The notes beneath the pieces are model-generated. The model was not told the DNA's origin. It ran no database searches and was given only the letters and a program-made list of their open reading frames with translations. A program made the position numbers and the translations under genes. A stretch of DNA of 64,000 bases from Felis catus (lineage: Eukaryota). The number at the start of each line of letters is the position of its first letter. The stretch's first letter is position 1. This document shows positions 24,580 to 37,425 of this stretch, in pieces. The stretch spans positions 230,766,001 to 230,830,000 of the forward strand of contig NC_058368.1 in assembly GCF_018350175.1 (NCBI RefSeq). Reading direction: 5' to 3'.

Positions 24580-25058
24580 TGGGTATCAGTTTCCCAGGGC
24601 TGTAGTCACAGGGCCCCACAAGCTGGGCAGCTTAAACACAGGCATTTACTGTCTCCTAGTTCTGGGGGCTAAAAGTCTGAGACCAAGGCGTGGGTAAGGC
24701 TGGTTCCTTCTAAGGGCTGGGGGGGGGGGGGGGGGGAGAGCATCCATTCAGTGCATCTCTCTGAGCTTCTGGTGGTTTGCTGGCAATCTTTTATACCCTT
24801 TGGGTTGTAGAGACATCTCCCTAATCTCTGCCTTAATCTCCACATGGCATTCATTCTATATGTCTCTCTGTGTCCAAATTTCCTCTTCTTGTAAGGACAC
24901 TGGTTATATTTAATTAGGGTCTGCCCTGATGACCTTATTTTAATTTGATTACCTCTGTAAAAATTTCATTTCTAAAGAAAAAAAATCACATTCTGAGGTC
25001 CTGGGGTTTAGTACCTCAATATATCATTTTGCGGGGGGACTCAGTTCAACTGAGAGCA
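24580..25058 (-). mobile_element. MaLR LTR (MLT1C-like)
   Basis: gtatcagtttcccagggctg..ggctggttccttct..gtgtccaaatttcctcttcttgtaaggacac..cacattctgaggtcctgggg. Confidence 0.85.
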
Positions 25059-25297
25059 GCCTGATTTCATATCAGGTATTTAAAATCTAGTTGGTACTCT
25101 CCAAAATTCACGTCCTATGGTAGCATCACATCTATTCCCTCTTGGAACACTTCCACTATTGTTCAGCCCCTCCATGAAAGCAAAACTAAGACTTCCTCCA
25201 ATATTACCACCAGATGGTTACCACGGTTGCATATTTCCTGGTTATCTGGATATTCTTGTATAAGATGTTCCATCACATTGTCCTCTATCCACGAGAA

Positions 25298-25521
25298 CTA
25301 GGAATGACCAAACACAGTTCCAAACCTGAAACGAAAGAAATAAACGTTACCTCTGTCAGAGACCAGCTGATATTAATCATTGTTGCGAAAAGTAATTTTA
25401 AAAATCCGGTCATCAACAGCAAAAGTGTCAGGCATTTAATCAAGTATCACCAAACACTTGGAGGAAAAGCTAGAATGTTAGACAACTTTACCTGCACAAA
25501 AAGTCTTGAAGCACTAATTGG
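25298..25521 (-). other. Candidate 30-nt exon (25492-25521), 166-nt intron and next exon starting at 25325
   Basis: tactttctccaag|CCAATT..GTGCAG|gtaaag; downstream acceptor ggtaacgtttatttctttcgtttcag|GTTTGG. Confidence 0.35.
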
Positions 25522-26112
25522 CTTGGAGAAAGTAAATATGAAGCAAAGTTTACACGTTATTTTTTCAAGATTTTTAAAGTTACATTTTTCTGTTGTCAGC
25601 AAAAGTAGAGACTTCTTTCATAAATGGAAAAAGAAAGCCATAATGTGTCACTAGCTCACTGATATAATTGGATCTTCACTGGCACACAGTCTTGAAAATG
25701 GACGTCGAAGTCCCATCTATTAACGGTTACGTTTTGGACCTGTGTATGGTTTCCTCTTTATTAAACTGTTAAATCTCTTGGTTAGGGATCGCATCTGTGA
25801 ATTATTGAGTAGCCCTAAATTAAACTGGACTTTTGGGGGAAAAAACCCAGAGTTTGAATCCTTAAGAGGCTGACACTATAATTTTCTGTCTTGATTTTCC
25901 CAGCCATACCATAAGCATGTTCCTATTTACCTCAGTAAGGGAGTGAGTTCCAATTTTTAAACTATTAAAAACTACCCTCTCTCCCCATCAAAGTAGCAAG
26001 TGCTTTCCAAGTAAAAAGAAAGACTAGCTACAATATTTACACATCACCAAAAAATATAGAATACTAGTTTGTTAGAATTCAAATTCAAATTTATTTTCTC
26101 TGTTGCCTTTTT

Positions 26113-26296
26113 AAAAATTTTTTTATTTATTTTTGACACACACACACACACACACACACGTGTGCAAGTGGGGGAGGGGAAGAGAGGGAAAGAGAGAGAA
26201 TCCCCATGCGGGGCTCAAACTCACAAATCGTGAGATCATAACCTGAGCCCAAATCACGAATTGGTTGCTTAACTGACTGAGCCACCCGGGCATCCC
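26113..26296 (-). mobile_element. CanSINE (older)
   Basis: TSD ctctgttgccttttt at 26098-26112 and 26297-26311. Confidence 0.9.
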
Positions 26297-26663
26297 CTCT
26301 GTTGCCTTTTTATTAGACAAATAGAGATGGAGAAAACAAACAAACAGACCATATTCCATGTTTTTGTTAATTTCCTTAGGTGTGATAACAGCATTGTGGT
26401 TATGTAAGATACTGCCCTTATTTTAAGAAGGTGTGTGATGTAGCCCTTAGGAAGGAAATGCCAAGGTATTAGCAACTTACTTTCAAATTATTCAGCAAAA
26501 CCTTATACATATATACAGTAAAACCTTGGTTTGCGAGCACAATTCATTCTGGAAACATGCTTGTAATCCAAAGCACTTGTATATCAAAGTGAAGGTCCCC
26601 ATAAGAAATGATGGAAACTCAGATGATTCGTTCCCAAACCCCAAAACATTCACATAAAAATGA

Positions 26664-27180
26664 TGACTTCACTCATATGACAACTTTAAGAGACAAAACA
26701 GATGAACATAAGGGAAGGGAAACAAAAATAATATAAAAACAGGGAGGGGGACAAAACATAAGAGACTCATAAATATGGAGAACAAACAGAGAATTACTGG
26801 AGGGGGTGTGGGAGGGGGGATGAGCTAAATGGGTCAGGGGCACTAAGGAATCTACTCCTGAAATCATCGTTGCACTATATGCTAGCTAATTTGGATGTAA
26901 ATTAAAAAAAAAATAGGGGCGCCTGGGTGGCGCAGTCGGTTAAGCATCCGACTTCAGCCAGGTCACGATCTCGCGGTCCGGGAGTTCGAGCCCCGCGTCG
27001 GGCTCTGGGCTGATGGCTCAGAGCCTGGAGCCTGTTTCCGATTCTGTGTCTCCCTCTCTCTCTGCCCCTCCCCCGTTCATGCTCTGTCTCTCTCTGTCCC
27101 AAAAATAAAATAAACGTTGAAAAAAAAATTTTTTTTTAAAAATAAAAAATAAATAAATAAATAAAATTAATAATAAAAAA
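26664..27180 (+). mobile_element. Feline L1 3' fragment with A-rich tail (contains a SINE)
   Basis: agacaaaacagatgaacataagggaagggaaac..gaatctactcctgaaatcatcgttgcactatatgct..; short TSD aaaaatga. Confidence 0.85.
26916..27137 (+). mobile_element. Young feline CanSINE inserted in L1 tail
   Basis: Near-consensus SINE directly after L1 poly(A); A-rich tail resumes afterwards. Confidence 0.95.
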
Positions 27181-28214
27181 ATGAGTGCAATACTGTAACA
27201 TAATACAAAATGATAAAGAAAACACAAAATATAACAAATTAACCAGCACTCGCCTTTGAAAACCTTCGTGGCTGGTGTCAAGGAGACAAGAGAAGGGAGG
27301 GTTATTGTGTGGGACAACTGTCACTATCCCTAACAGAATCACTGCTGTCTATTGGAATCTTCTGCGTGGGGGCCATTGGTTACGCTCACACGGATGTTGA
27401 CTGCAGTACAGTATTAATAAACTCTTGTCATAGACTGTACTTAATGTAACTGGCAATAAGGCAGCAGAGGAAAGGGTCTATATCTGCAGGCAGCCTGACC
27501 TAGAAGAAGCAAAGCATTCCTAAGCTTACTCTTGGATCGAAAAGCAAAGGACTGTCCACGGGGGCTTGGAAGTGACAAAAAGGACACCAGTGCCAGTTGT
27601 GGGCATCTTCCAACATTCCGAAAAATCACCGATTTCTGCCAAACACCTCAGCTTGAGACCGAGCGGCCGAGCGTGGGAGATGATCACCCACAATCCCGCA
27701 GAGAGAGAGAGGAACCAGCGGCTCATTGGTGATCATGTGACGTTCGGCAACATCGCATGATGCCGCAAGACATCACTCGCTTATCAAGTCATTTATTTAT
27801 TTATATTTATTTAACATTTATTAGACATGTTTGCTTGTCTTGTGGAACACTCGCAGAACAAGTTACTCGCAACCCAAGGTTTTACTGTATATGCCTAATT
27901 GTATGTTATACGTGCAGAATATTAGTGATCGCTGAGCTTAGAACATACACCTTGTACGATTCTGCCTACTCTTCTGTATATTTGAATTTTTTTTTTTAAT
28001 CGAATGCTGCAAAGGAAAGAGGATGGCAAAGATGGGGAAAGCTTTCTTCCTCTGGTGAAGTTGTCACTTAGCCCTTGTCCCACGTCTGCCACATCCAAGT
28101 TTCAACTCACTGCTCCCCTACCCACCACCCCAAAAGAACATAGTTAAGGCTCAAGGCCCTTTTAAAAATTATTGACGAGTGAAAAAATGTACACTTACAA
28201 ATTATTGTCTTCTT

Positions 28215-28436
28215 TTGCTTTTTAAAAAAATTTTTAATGTTTATTTGTTTTTGAAGGAGAGAGAGACAGAGCATGAGCAGGAAAGAGGCAGAGAGAGAGG
28301 GAGACACAGAATCCGAAGCAGGCTCCAGGCTCCGAGCTGTCAGCACAGAGCCCGACGCGGGGCTGGAACTCAAAAACCGTGAGATCATGACCTGAGCTGG
28401 TCGGATGCTCAACCAGCTGAGCCACCCAGGTGCCCC
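28215..28436 (-). mobile_element. CanSINE
   Basis: TSD acaaatYattgtcttctt at 28197-28214 and 28437-28454. Confidence 0.95.
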
Positions 28437-28900
28437 ACAAATCATTGTCTTCTTAATGGAGTGTTTTGAGGGTTAAGTGAGCTCTTTTGAGTAAGGTGCT
28501 AAGAGAGCACCGGGCACAAATTAAGTAGTCAATACAAGCTTGCTGTCGTGACTGTTATCTAAAAATACAGGGCCTATTGATCACCTGGTGCTGGTGCTTA
28601 AGTACCATGAGTACTGTTCTGCTAGGAAACTATAGGCATTGGTGGGAAGAAAAGATCCGCACTGGCTGTGGTGGATAAGGGAGGTAAGACAGGCTGCACT
28701 GTGGCTTCCCCGTGCAAGGAGGTTATAATTCAGAGATGTGGAAGGACACACAGTTTCACACGTGCACACGCACACACACATGCACACATAATCAGTAATT
28801 CAAGAAAGGAAGGGGAAGGAAGGGAAGGGAAGGAAGAAAGAAGGGAGAAAAAAGAAAGAAAAGATAAGAAAAGAAATTTTCTATTAAAATATGAGTCTCT

Positions 28901-29061
28901 GGGGAGCCTGGGTGGCTCGGTTGGTTAAGTGTCCGACTTTGGCTCCTGTCACGATCATCTCGTGGTTCGTGAGTTCAAGCCCTGCATCAGTGTGTGGAGG
29001 CTGCCAGGGAAGCTCTCTCTCTCTCCCTCTCTCTCTGCCCCTCCCCCCTCAATAAATAAAT
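28901..29061 (+). mobile_element. CanSINE (older)
   Basis: Head ggggagcctgggtggctc; degenerate TSD aaaatRtgagtc. Confidence 0.9.
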
Positions 29062-29549
29062 AAAATGTGAGTCCTTAATGGGCCCTACCTTGACCACAAC
29101 CTAAAATGGCATGAAGTACAGTCACGGTGGTAAGTCACCCTTGTGATGGCTAAGCAGGGATACTTTGAGCCAGAAAAACCACTCTTTCCAAATGTTTGTT
29201 AACTTCTGTCATTCCTAACATCTACCTTTCTTCACGGATGAAACTACAAAATTTCTTTGCAAAACTTCAAGAAGTTAAAAGGGTGTGATACACAAGCCGC
29301 GTGACAGCAGTCGGTTAACATCGTATTTCAACAAAACGGGACAACATTGTTACAATTAATATGCCTGGTACGGTCCGATGTAAAAAGTGATTCCCCAAAT
29401 ATTATCTCTGTTGATCAGACATCTTAGGGGACAGTCAGGCTGTGAACCCACTTGTGTGATTCTGCCTTCTGTGCTGTTCTGTGGGGAATTAAGGGAAAGT
29501 CAGTGTGTGCCTTTTAGGGACTCCGGTCTCTAAACTTCTAATTTGAACA

Positions 29550-30050
29550 TCTGGAGCATGATTATAATCCAGTCAGGATATGGATTCCATCTGTGAGCTA
29601 TATTAGCTAAATAACCTTGTGTGAAACTTTTAACATTTCTGAACCTCAATTTTCTCATCTTTATTTACCACCCAGATTATGATGTTGATTGAAAAAGGTA
29701 CATGAAAGCACTTTATGAATTTTAATGCACTATATGAATGCTCTTCGTATTATTCTGAATGACCAACCTAAATGACCACGTTCTAAAGAACTTACAGGGC
29801 TAAACTTATTCAAGAGCGATTAAGAATTTCACTCTCCAGCTCAGCGTGTAATACAGTCCACCACTCTGCAGTGCTAACTGGAGACCAGGTGCTGTGCCCG
29901 GCTTTTTCACGTATGATCTCAGTTTAACCTTCAGAAAAGTTCCAGGAGGTGAGCGTTATGATTATTCCCATTCAACGAATAAAGAACCAGGCATCTTGGA
30001 GATAGCGAGCCAGGCTTCGAACTCAAGTGTTTGGGAGTCCAGTCCCCTGC
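29550..30050. mobile_element. Two MIR fragments in opposite orientations
   Basis: tctgaacctcaattttctcatct (+) and attattcccattcaacgaataaagaaccaggc (-). Confidence 0.5.
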
Positions 30051-31282
30051 TGTGCCTCCTTTGAAGCTTGTATTTATTCCCTGATTATGCACATGGATTT
30101 ATCATAATACGATGAATCCTACTGAACCTATATCTCACGGAGCTACCTCTCCAGCCACGTCAGACGTGTGGGCAACAAACGCTCGTCATCGTATAGCACT
30201 GTGGTTGTGTGGTTATTTGCTACACCGCATTGCCGTGGCAAGAGAGAACCAATCAAGCAGGGCATTCCCACGTGCAGCCAAAGGTGAGAATCACTGCCCC
30301 GCTCGTCCAGAGTATCCTAAACACAGCCTCTCTGCCTCAAACACACCGGCTAATTCATATCCCGCCACCACTGCGTGTGCATCCACTTTCCAAGTTCTTG
30401 ATCTAAAAATCACGCTATCTGGATGTATCTTCCTGGATGACCTCCATCCCCCGCCTCCCGGAGCAAATTTAATGCTTCTCTCCTGTGCTCCCAAGGCACC
30501 AGATTCTTTTCACAATTAGCACTTCTCCCAATTCACTGTGTAGCAGATGGAGAAAGCTTTATTCTCAGGAGGTGGTAGCATTGAGAGCCTGGCTTAGTCA
30601 GAAAAGAACTCTGCTAAGCCAAGGGGCTGGATTATCAAGAAGGGCAAAAAAACACAAAATAAAACAAACAAACAAACAAAAAACCCTACAAAAGCAGGGT
30701 TGGGGGGATGGTATCTGGTGAGAAAATGTTGGAAATGACCACACTCCATGTTTATAATTCTGCAGAAGAAGCATTTAGAAAAGAACATGATGGAGGGAGA
30801 GAGGAGGACATATCATAACCACAAATATCTATCCAAAATAGAGCACTTTACAGTTTATATCATGGCTTCCGCGCACAGATTTCTCGATGAATATTTAAAC
30901 ACGCCCACCTTATTACCTCTGTCCTTCTTGATTAATTGGGGGAAAAGTTCTACATGTTGATAAGTATTCTGTGCTTACATGCTAGCTAGATTTATTACTC
31001 TAGGCCAGTGCCACATCTAAATCAGATAATTTAAAATGACAGGATGTAGAATTACTTCTAAAAGAAATTGTCAACAATACTAAAGTACCACCGACTCAGA
31101 CCCACTAACAAAGCCTATTATTGTAAAGGACATTTCCTGAGATACCTTGCTTTTATTTCTAGATAAGACCTGCTTGCAATTACCTTAGGAGTTATATATT
31201 TAAATGTCATTTCTAAAGTAGTTGATGACTAGCTCTTGAGTTTGAAATATATATCTCATACTGAAATATTAATTGACATTAC

Positions 31283-31296
31283 CTGTAAAGAAAATG
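31283..31296 (-). other. Candidate 14-nt microexon or juxtaposed AG|GT site
   Basis: ctcttttatttatcaag|CATTTTCTTTACAG|gtaatg. Confidence 0.25.
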
Positions 31297-31519
31297 CTTG
31301 ATAAATAAAAGAGATGTGGGTTGAGTTCCAGTTTGAATGATTATAAATTTTAAATCGATGAAGTCTAAATAAAGGAAGTATGTTTGCCATCAGAGCTCTT
31401 AACTTTCCAGAAATTATGATTTGAATTATTAACATAAAATATATAAATGGAAAATTATACTCTTGATATATTTTTATTTATGCCCGTAGAAGAATGTCGG
31501 GGATCCAAACTTTGGATCA

Positions 31520-32085
31520 CATTTACCAAAAAAGCTGTGCACCTATGTTCTTCATAAAACCTATTCTAGAATGTTCAGATGAGAACGATTAATGATAGCC
31601 CACATGGGAAAGCACCCAAATGCCTGTCATGTGTGGAATGATGAATAAAGCTATTCGAGAATATTTGTCTAGTCTATTACTTGGTGACTCCATTACAAAG
31701 TATTATTTTGTGTATAATAATAATAACACTGTAATAAAATACTGAAGTTCACACCAGGGAGTACTATGCACCACTGAAAACAAATGATATACAGCTACAT
31801 CCTACAGCATGGGTGAGCTTCCCAAACATATTATCAATCAAGAGAAGCCAGTCACAAGAGATGTCCGTACACAAAGAATGAAAGCAGGCAAAGCTAACGT
31901 GTGCCCTTAGCGTTCAGGCCAGCGATTACCCTTCGAGGGCACGGTTTCTGAGAGAGAACACAAGACGGTTTCTGACAGGCTAAAAACTTTGTTTCGTGCC
32001 CCGAACTCCATAGATAGGCCTGTGCTCCACTGTTGACAGTTTATCGTGTGAAATCTTTCTGTATACGGGGTATATTTTAGGAAAA
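31520..32085 (+). mobile_element. Ancient L1ME 3' fragment
   Basis: acccaaatgcctgtca..acagcatgggtgagcttcccaaacatatt..agaagccagtcacaagag. Confidence 0.65.
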
Positions 32086-32289
32086 ATTTTTCTTTCTTTA
32101 GTTGGGGAGAGAAAATAAGACCCAGAGAAGAGGAGTGCAGAGTGTGTCCCAGAAGACGGTGGTTCACAGTCCACTGTCAGTAAAGCTGCATTCGAATTCT
32201 GTCTGGTAAAAAACAAATTCAAAATCAAACACGGTAAACAAAGCTAGGAGAGCTGGAGGATCCAACACACGTTAAAGCACTGGAGAATG

Positions 32290-32419
32290 AGAGTCTCCGG
32301 GGTGACTCAGGCGGTTAGCATCCGACTCCTGATCTCAGGTCAGGATCTCACAGTTCATGAGTTCTAGCCCCTTGTCAGGCTCTGTGCTGACAGCCTGGAG
32401 CCTGCTTGGGATTCTCTCC

Positions 32420-32454
<35 letters not shown>

Positions 32455-32475
32455 CCTGACCTTTCCCTGCTCATG

Positions 32476-32520
<45 letters not shown>

Positions 32521-32558
32521 CCTCAAAAATAAACAAATATATTTTTTTAATTCTTTAA
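32290..32558 (+). mobile_element. CanSINE (older, expanded CT tract)
   Basis: Degenerate head, ggctctgtgctgacagc, gagcctgcttgggattctctc. Confidence 0.9.
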
Positions 32559-32806
32559 GAAAACACTGAAAAATGATAATGAAGACCACTCACATGGCTT
32601 TGCAGAGCAAAATGCCCAGATAGACCTGAAAAACCCAAGTGTATGGGGAAACCACTTAGAATGTGGTAATGCACTTGAGGTTCCCGGGAGGAATTCTACA
32701 TTTGCAAATTGCATGACCCTGGTCAAATCATAATTTCTCCATTCCTTAATCTGTCAAATGAGGCTAAGAATACCTACCACACAGGCTTATTCTAAAGATC
32801 AAATGA

Positions 32807-33022
32807 GGGGAACCTGAGTGGCTCAGTCGGTTAAGTGTCTGACTTCAGCTCAGGTCATGATCTCATGGTGGTGAGTTCGAGCCCTGCATCGGGCTCTGTG
32901 CTGACAGCTCAGAGCTTGGAGCCTGCTTCAGATTCTGTGTCTCCCTCTCTCTCTGACCCTCCCCCGTTCATGCTCTGTCTCTCTCTGTCTCAAAAATAAA
33001 TAAACATTAAAAAAAATTTTTT
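32807..33022 (+). mobile_element. CanSINE inserted in a MIR
   Basis: TSD taaagatcaaatga at 32793-32806 and 33023-33036. Confidence 0.95.
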
Positions 33023-34345
33023 TAAAGATCAAATGAGAGAAAGTATGGGAAGATGTTTGGTCCTACACAAATGGAAGATCTCCTTTTGAGTGCTCCCCCC
33101 CCCGCCGCCGCCCCCACCGGCATCTTGTACAAACCAGCCACAAAAGTAATGCCACTTGTGGCCACGGTGAGGCTACAGTCTGAATATACAGGTGTGTCTT
33201 TACACTTCAGGTCACAATCATCCACCCAGCACAACCGAGGTCAGAAACTGGGACTCTGGTTCATTATTCATTCATTAAACTTTTGTCTAAAGGGCAAGAC
33301 CCAAGAATTCAAAACAACACCATTTTAGTTCAGAATTATCCTTCATAATCTTTCTAAAAAAAAAGATTGCCTCATTATTTGGCATCATAAGACCAATTTT
33401 ATCACTTTGTGATCAGCTATCGCTGGCACTTTTCATTTTTATGAGGCCTTTCTTCCAATGCATGTGGCACCTAAGCCTAATTTGGTCTAATTTTGGATCC
33501 ACAAATATAAACGTCACATAGCATTTCACTTATGTCTGAAATAAAGTCATCGCTCTAATTTTAAATTCCTTCCTCTTACACATTATTGTTTGTTGAATTA
33601 TTGATCTTACATGGAAAATTAAAATATTAGCTTTCAAGTCCTTTACATTAAAATGCCATTTGTTAATTTGCATTAAATAGCTGGCATTATGGGCCCACTG
33701 AGAATTAACTTTGCTTCTAGCTGTTACTAATTATTAACATTTTTTATCCTTGGCCTTCAAGTATTTGTTTGGATACCCTACTTTCGTAGCTGTTCCAAGT
33801 CATAAGTCATCAGGGAGGAAGCAATTAAGCCACCAGATTGCCCTAATGGCATTCATCCTGGGAGATCATTCATATTATGAACTAGAGTTTGTGCTTTAAC
33901 AACTGGCAAAGATCAATCTGTTTAAATATTGAGAACTAAAATACAGAGTCTTCCCGATTTTATGTGTAAAAATCCAGATTCTTCTGCTTGACCTTGGACT
34001 TCTGGCCATAAGGGGCACTGGACAGGGGAGGGTGTCTGTTTCTTCCTCAAACACAGGGAAATTTGGGGTAGATATTACAAAATATTTTGAAGTGCATTGT
34101 CAAGTTCAAACATAAAAGAAATTTTCCCAGGCTGCCAGAAACTAAGCCGGAGCTTGCAGAGACATGATGCTACATGATGTGGATCATGAACATGAGCCTT
34201 AACACCTGAGGGACAAGGTTTTAATGACCGTGTTGGGAGAGCCAGAGAGGTCTTGGGGCCTTGAGGACTAGAGACAACTGGGACTCCCAGCACCTTTGGA
34301 GACCTTCTGCCTCCCTCAAAAAGCTATTCTGTTATCAGAAGTAGG

Positions 34346-34893
34346 GTAGGATTAGTTACGCATGGCTGTGTAACAAATTTCCCCAAAAACCTCTTAGCTT
34401 AAAACAACAAAAATTTATTATCTCATAGTTTCTGTAGGTTAGGCATCTTGGTGTGGCTTAGCTGGGCCCTCTGACTCAGGCTTCCCTGCAAGGATGCCAT
34501 CAGGGTGTCAGTTGGGGGTAGATCACCCCCAACTTACCCATGTACCTGTTGGCAAGATTCAGTTCCTCATGTACTGTGGGCTTGAGGGCCTCAGCTTATT
34601 GTTGCGTATTGGCCAGAGGACTCTCTTCACTCCTCATCACTGGGTGTCCCTATGGGACAGCTTGAAACATGGTAGCCCACTTCCAACAGAGCAAGCAAGC
34701 AAGAGAGTGAGAGAGGAGAAGCAAGATGGAAGCCAAACACTTTCTGAACTAATCTCAGTAGTGGCATCTCATCATTTTTGCTGCATTCTGTTTGTTTGTT
34801 AGGTACAGCTCGTGTTCAAGGGGTGGGGATTATACAAGGGCATGAAAACCAGGAGACAAAGATGATTGGGAGCCATCTTAGAAACTACTTCAC
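34346..34893 (-). mobile_element. MaLR LTR (MLT1F-like)
   Basis: gctgtgtaacaaatt..gcttaaaacaacaaaaatttattatctcatagtttctgtagg..ggagccatcttagaa. Confidence 0.8.
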
Positions 34894-34899
34894 ATACTT

Positions 34900-35328
34900 A
34901 TTGGTCTGGACCCATACGTTCTTGCCCAGAAGTGGGGTTATTAGAACCTAGAACTTTGGAGGGGGGGGGGGAGGTTCCTGAAGACCTGAGACCCAGAGCT
35001 TGAAGGAAGAAGTACTGCCCAGCTGATATTGGTATCTTGGGGTGAGACTGGCACCGGTGGTATAAAAAAAAGCCAGAAACTAGAACCATTGCCATCACTG
35101 GGATGATGAGCCATAGCCAAAATGATGCTTCAGGAACAGTGAGCAAACAAGAAATCTTTTCTCTCTCCTTCTGCCTTCCATTCTCTCTGTGAGGCCCTTT
35201 TGGCAAAAGCTGAAAGACAGCCAGATGGCATAGGGAAACTGTGGCTTGCAGAATCCCATCCCTGGCATCAGAAACAGAGTATAGAAGCGGGGGTAAAGCT
35301 GAGAGCCTCCAGCTGAATAACCAGCACA
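34900..35328 (-). mobile_element. ERVL LTR33-like fragment
   Basis: ttgcagaatcccatccctggcatc..agagtatagaag..gctgagag..aataaccagcaca. Confidence 0.55.
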
Positions 35329-35696
35329 AATGGCAATAAAGAATATCTTCCTACTGGCCCAAGAAGGTGGCTGAACAAGCAGCTTCTCTCTACCTGAGGG
35401 TCTGGGTGAAAAATAATATTCAGTGTGGGTCTGAATTTACACTATCCAAATAATACAGGAATCTCAACAAATAACAAAAATCTCAGACAACGAACCCTAT
35501 GGTTATCAGCAAGAGCAAATGCTACAACACTCAGCAGGGACTCTTGTGTAACCCCAGGGCCTCCCACAGAAAGAAGTAAGCCTCCAGTGAAGATGAGCTC
35601 ATTGTCAAAAATTAAAGAACAGAAGAGGACCTGCTTTACCATAATGGTGACTCAGCAATCACAAAAGCAGAAGCAAGGAACGAAGGAAGAGAGAGA

Positions 35697-35702
<6 letters not shown>

Positions 35703-35748
<46 letters not shown>

Positions 35749-35750
35749 AA
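35703..35750. repeat. (GAAA)12 microsatellite
   Basis: Read directly. Confidence 0.95.
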
Positions 35751-36633
35751 AAATTGCAAGGGCTTGAGAGATTAGAAAAATCTTGAAGAGATCATAAAGC
35801 CACATCTGTTAAAAAGTGTCAACAAGAAGATAGATGAAAGATAAAGGAAAATAATTGTAATGAAAAACACAAGAAAACATGGAGAGAGAGAGGCAGATTT
35901 TTCTAATGGGTGAAAAGGAAAAACATATGGTCATTAAAATTACAAACTTAGTGGTCAGGCTAAATAGATAAAACCAAAGATAGAATTTACCAACGAAAGC
36001 TCTAGATCTGAACAAATTAACCAGAATGCAGCAAGGGAGATAAAGAGGCCTTTTTAAAAAGAAGGGGATGGGGAATCTCTAGTAAAACATGGCAGCTTTA
36101 ACATAAACATTTATCACACCTCCTTCCTGAAAATTCCATTAACATGATAGTGGTCAAAGAAAGCGGGAACCCAAAAGGACAAACAATGGGAGAGAAGATG
36201 CAATGATAAACATTAGTAATAATCACTTAGACTGGAGAAAACTCTGCCAAATCTAAGCCAAAACTGGCAAAACATGAATGCAGTTTGGTTCACACTGTGA
36301 AGCTTCTGTTACCTCTGGGAGCAAGAGTGTGTGTAGAAGTCAGAATAGAACTGGCTGGAAGACTGAGTGAGAAGAGGTTGGATCTAGTTCATCCTCATTC
36401 CTTAGCAGAAAACTCCCTGGAGAAGTTGAACCCAGCTCAACCTCAGGCAAGGACTATGCTTGAAAACTGAGGGAGTAAATGAAATTCTGCCTACTGCACA
36501 ATGGGTCCCTTCTCGTCCCTGCCCCACATTTGAGTTTGAAAACATTGGCAGCCAAGAGCTATCAATCAGAAGGGAAAATGCAGGACGTGCCCTTTGAGAA
36601 ACTGAGCAGCTCCAGAGAAAGCATCTACTCTTT

Positions 36634-36870
36634 TTTTTTTCCTTTCTTTTTCCTTTTTTTATTTTAGAGAGAGAAAAAGAGCATAAGTAGGGGAGATGGG
36701 GAGAGGGAGATAAAAAGAGAGAGACAGAGACAGAGAGAGACAGAGAATCCAAAGCAGGCTCGATGCTCAGTGTAGAGCCCAACGCAGGGCTCAATCCCAT
36801 GCCCTGGGATCATGACCCAAGCTGAAGTCAAGAGTTGGACGCTCAACTAACTGGGCCACTCATGTGCCCC
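36634..36870 (-). mobile_element. CanSINE (older)
   Basis: TSD catctactcttt at 36622-36633 and 36873-36884. Confidence 0.9.
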
Positions 36871-37425
36871 TACATCTACTCTTTGGCTGGGTTTGTACTT
36901 AAGACTGAGGATTAAAAAATTAACTGGAAGCTCTGTGTGTCAAAAAGATGAGAGGAGAGGAAGGGAAGGGTAGTGAAGGGAACAGAAAAGGAAACAGAAA
37001 CAATGAATTGAGGCAAAAAAGTAAAAAAAAGAAAAAGGAAAAAACAACTATAACATCCTCAGAGTTATAAGAGAAGACAGCACATACACTAAACAAGAAC
37101 AGGACACAAACAAAAAGGAAACAGCTGGGGAACAAAATAATTTCTTGGAAAATAAAAATATGACAGTAGAAAGAAAACCTTCCATGACAAGTTTGAAAGA
37201 GAGTGGAAGGAAGAGGAACACATCAAAGAAGTTATTAAAAAAAAAAAGAGCTAATTCCTCTGGTTTGGAAATTGTATTATAGCAATACAGAGGCGAATAT
37301 CAGAAGAAATGAAAAGAAGAGTTGAAAATGGTTGTTTGAAAGGTGGAATCTACTGTAAAGCAGAGACTCTTCCTTATGTTGTCACAAATGTTGTAGAACC
37401 ATTTGGCTTTAAATATTATACATGA

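Larger units (their letters stand above)
26516..27887. mobile_element. Non-autonomous Tc1/mariner (Tigger/pogo-like) DNA transposon, interrupted by L1 and SINE
   Basis: 22-bp TIRs cagtaaaaccttggKttgcgag (26516-26537, 27866-27887; one mismatch), TA on both sides. Confidence 0.9.

Noticed and set aside
25214..25654. 146-aa plus-strand ORF
   Set aside because: No recognisable similarity; it overlaps minus-strand splice signals and is probably incidental.
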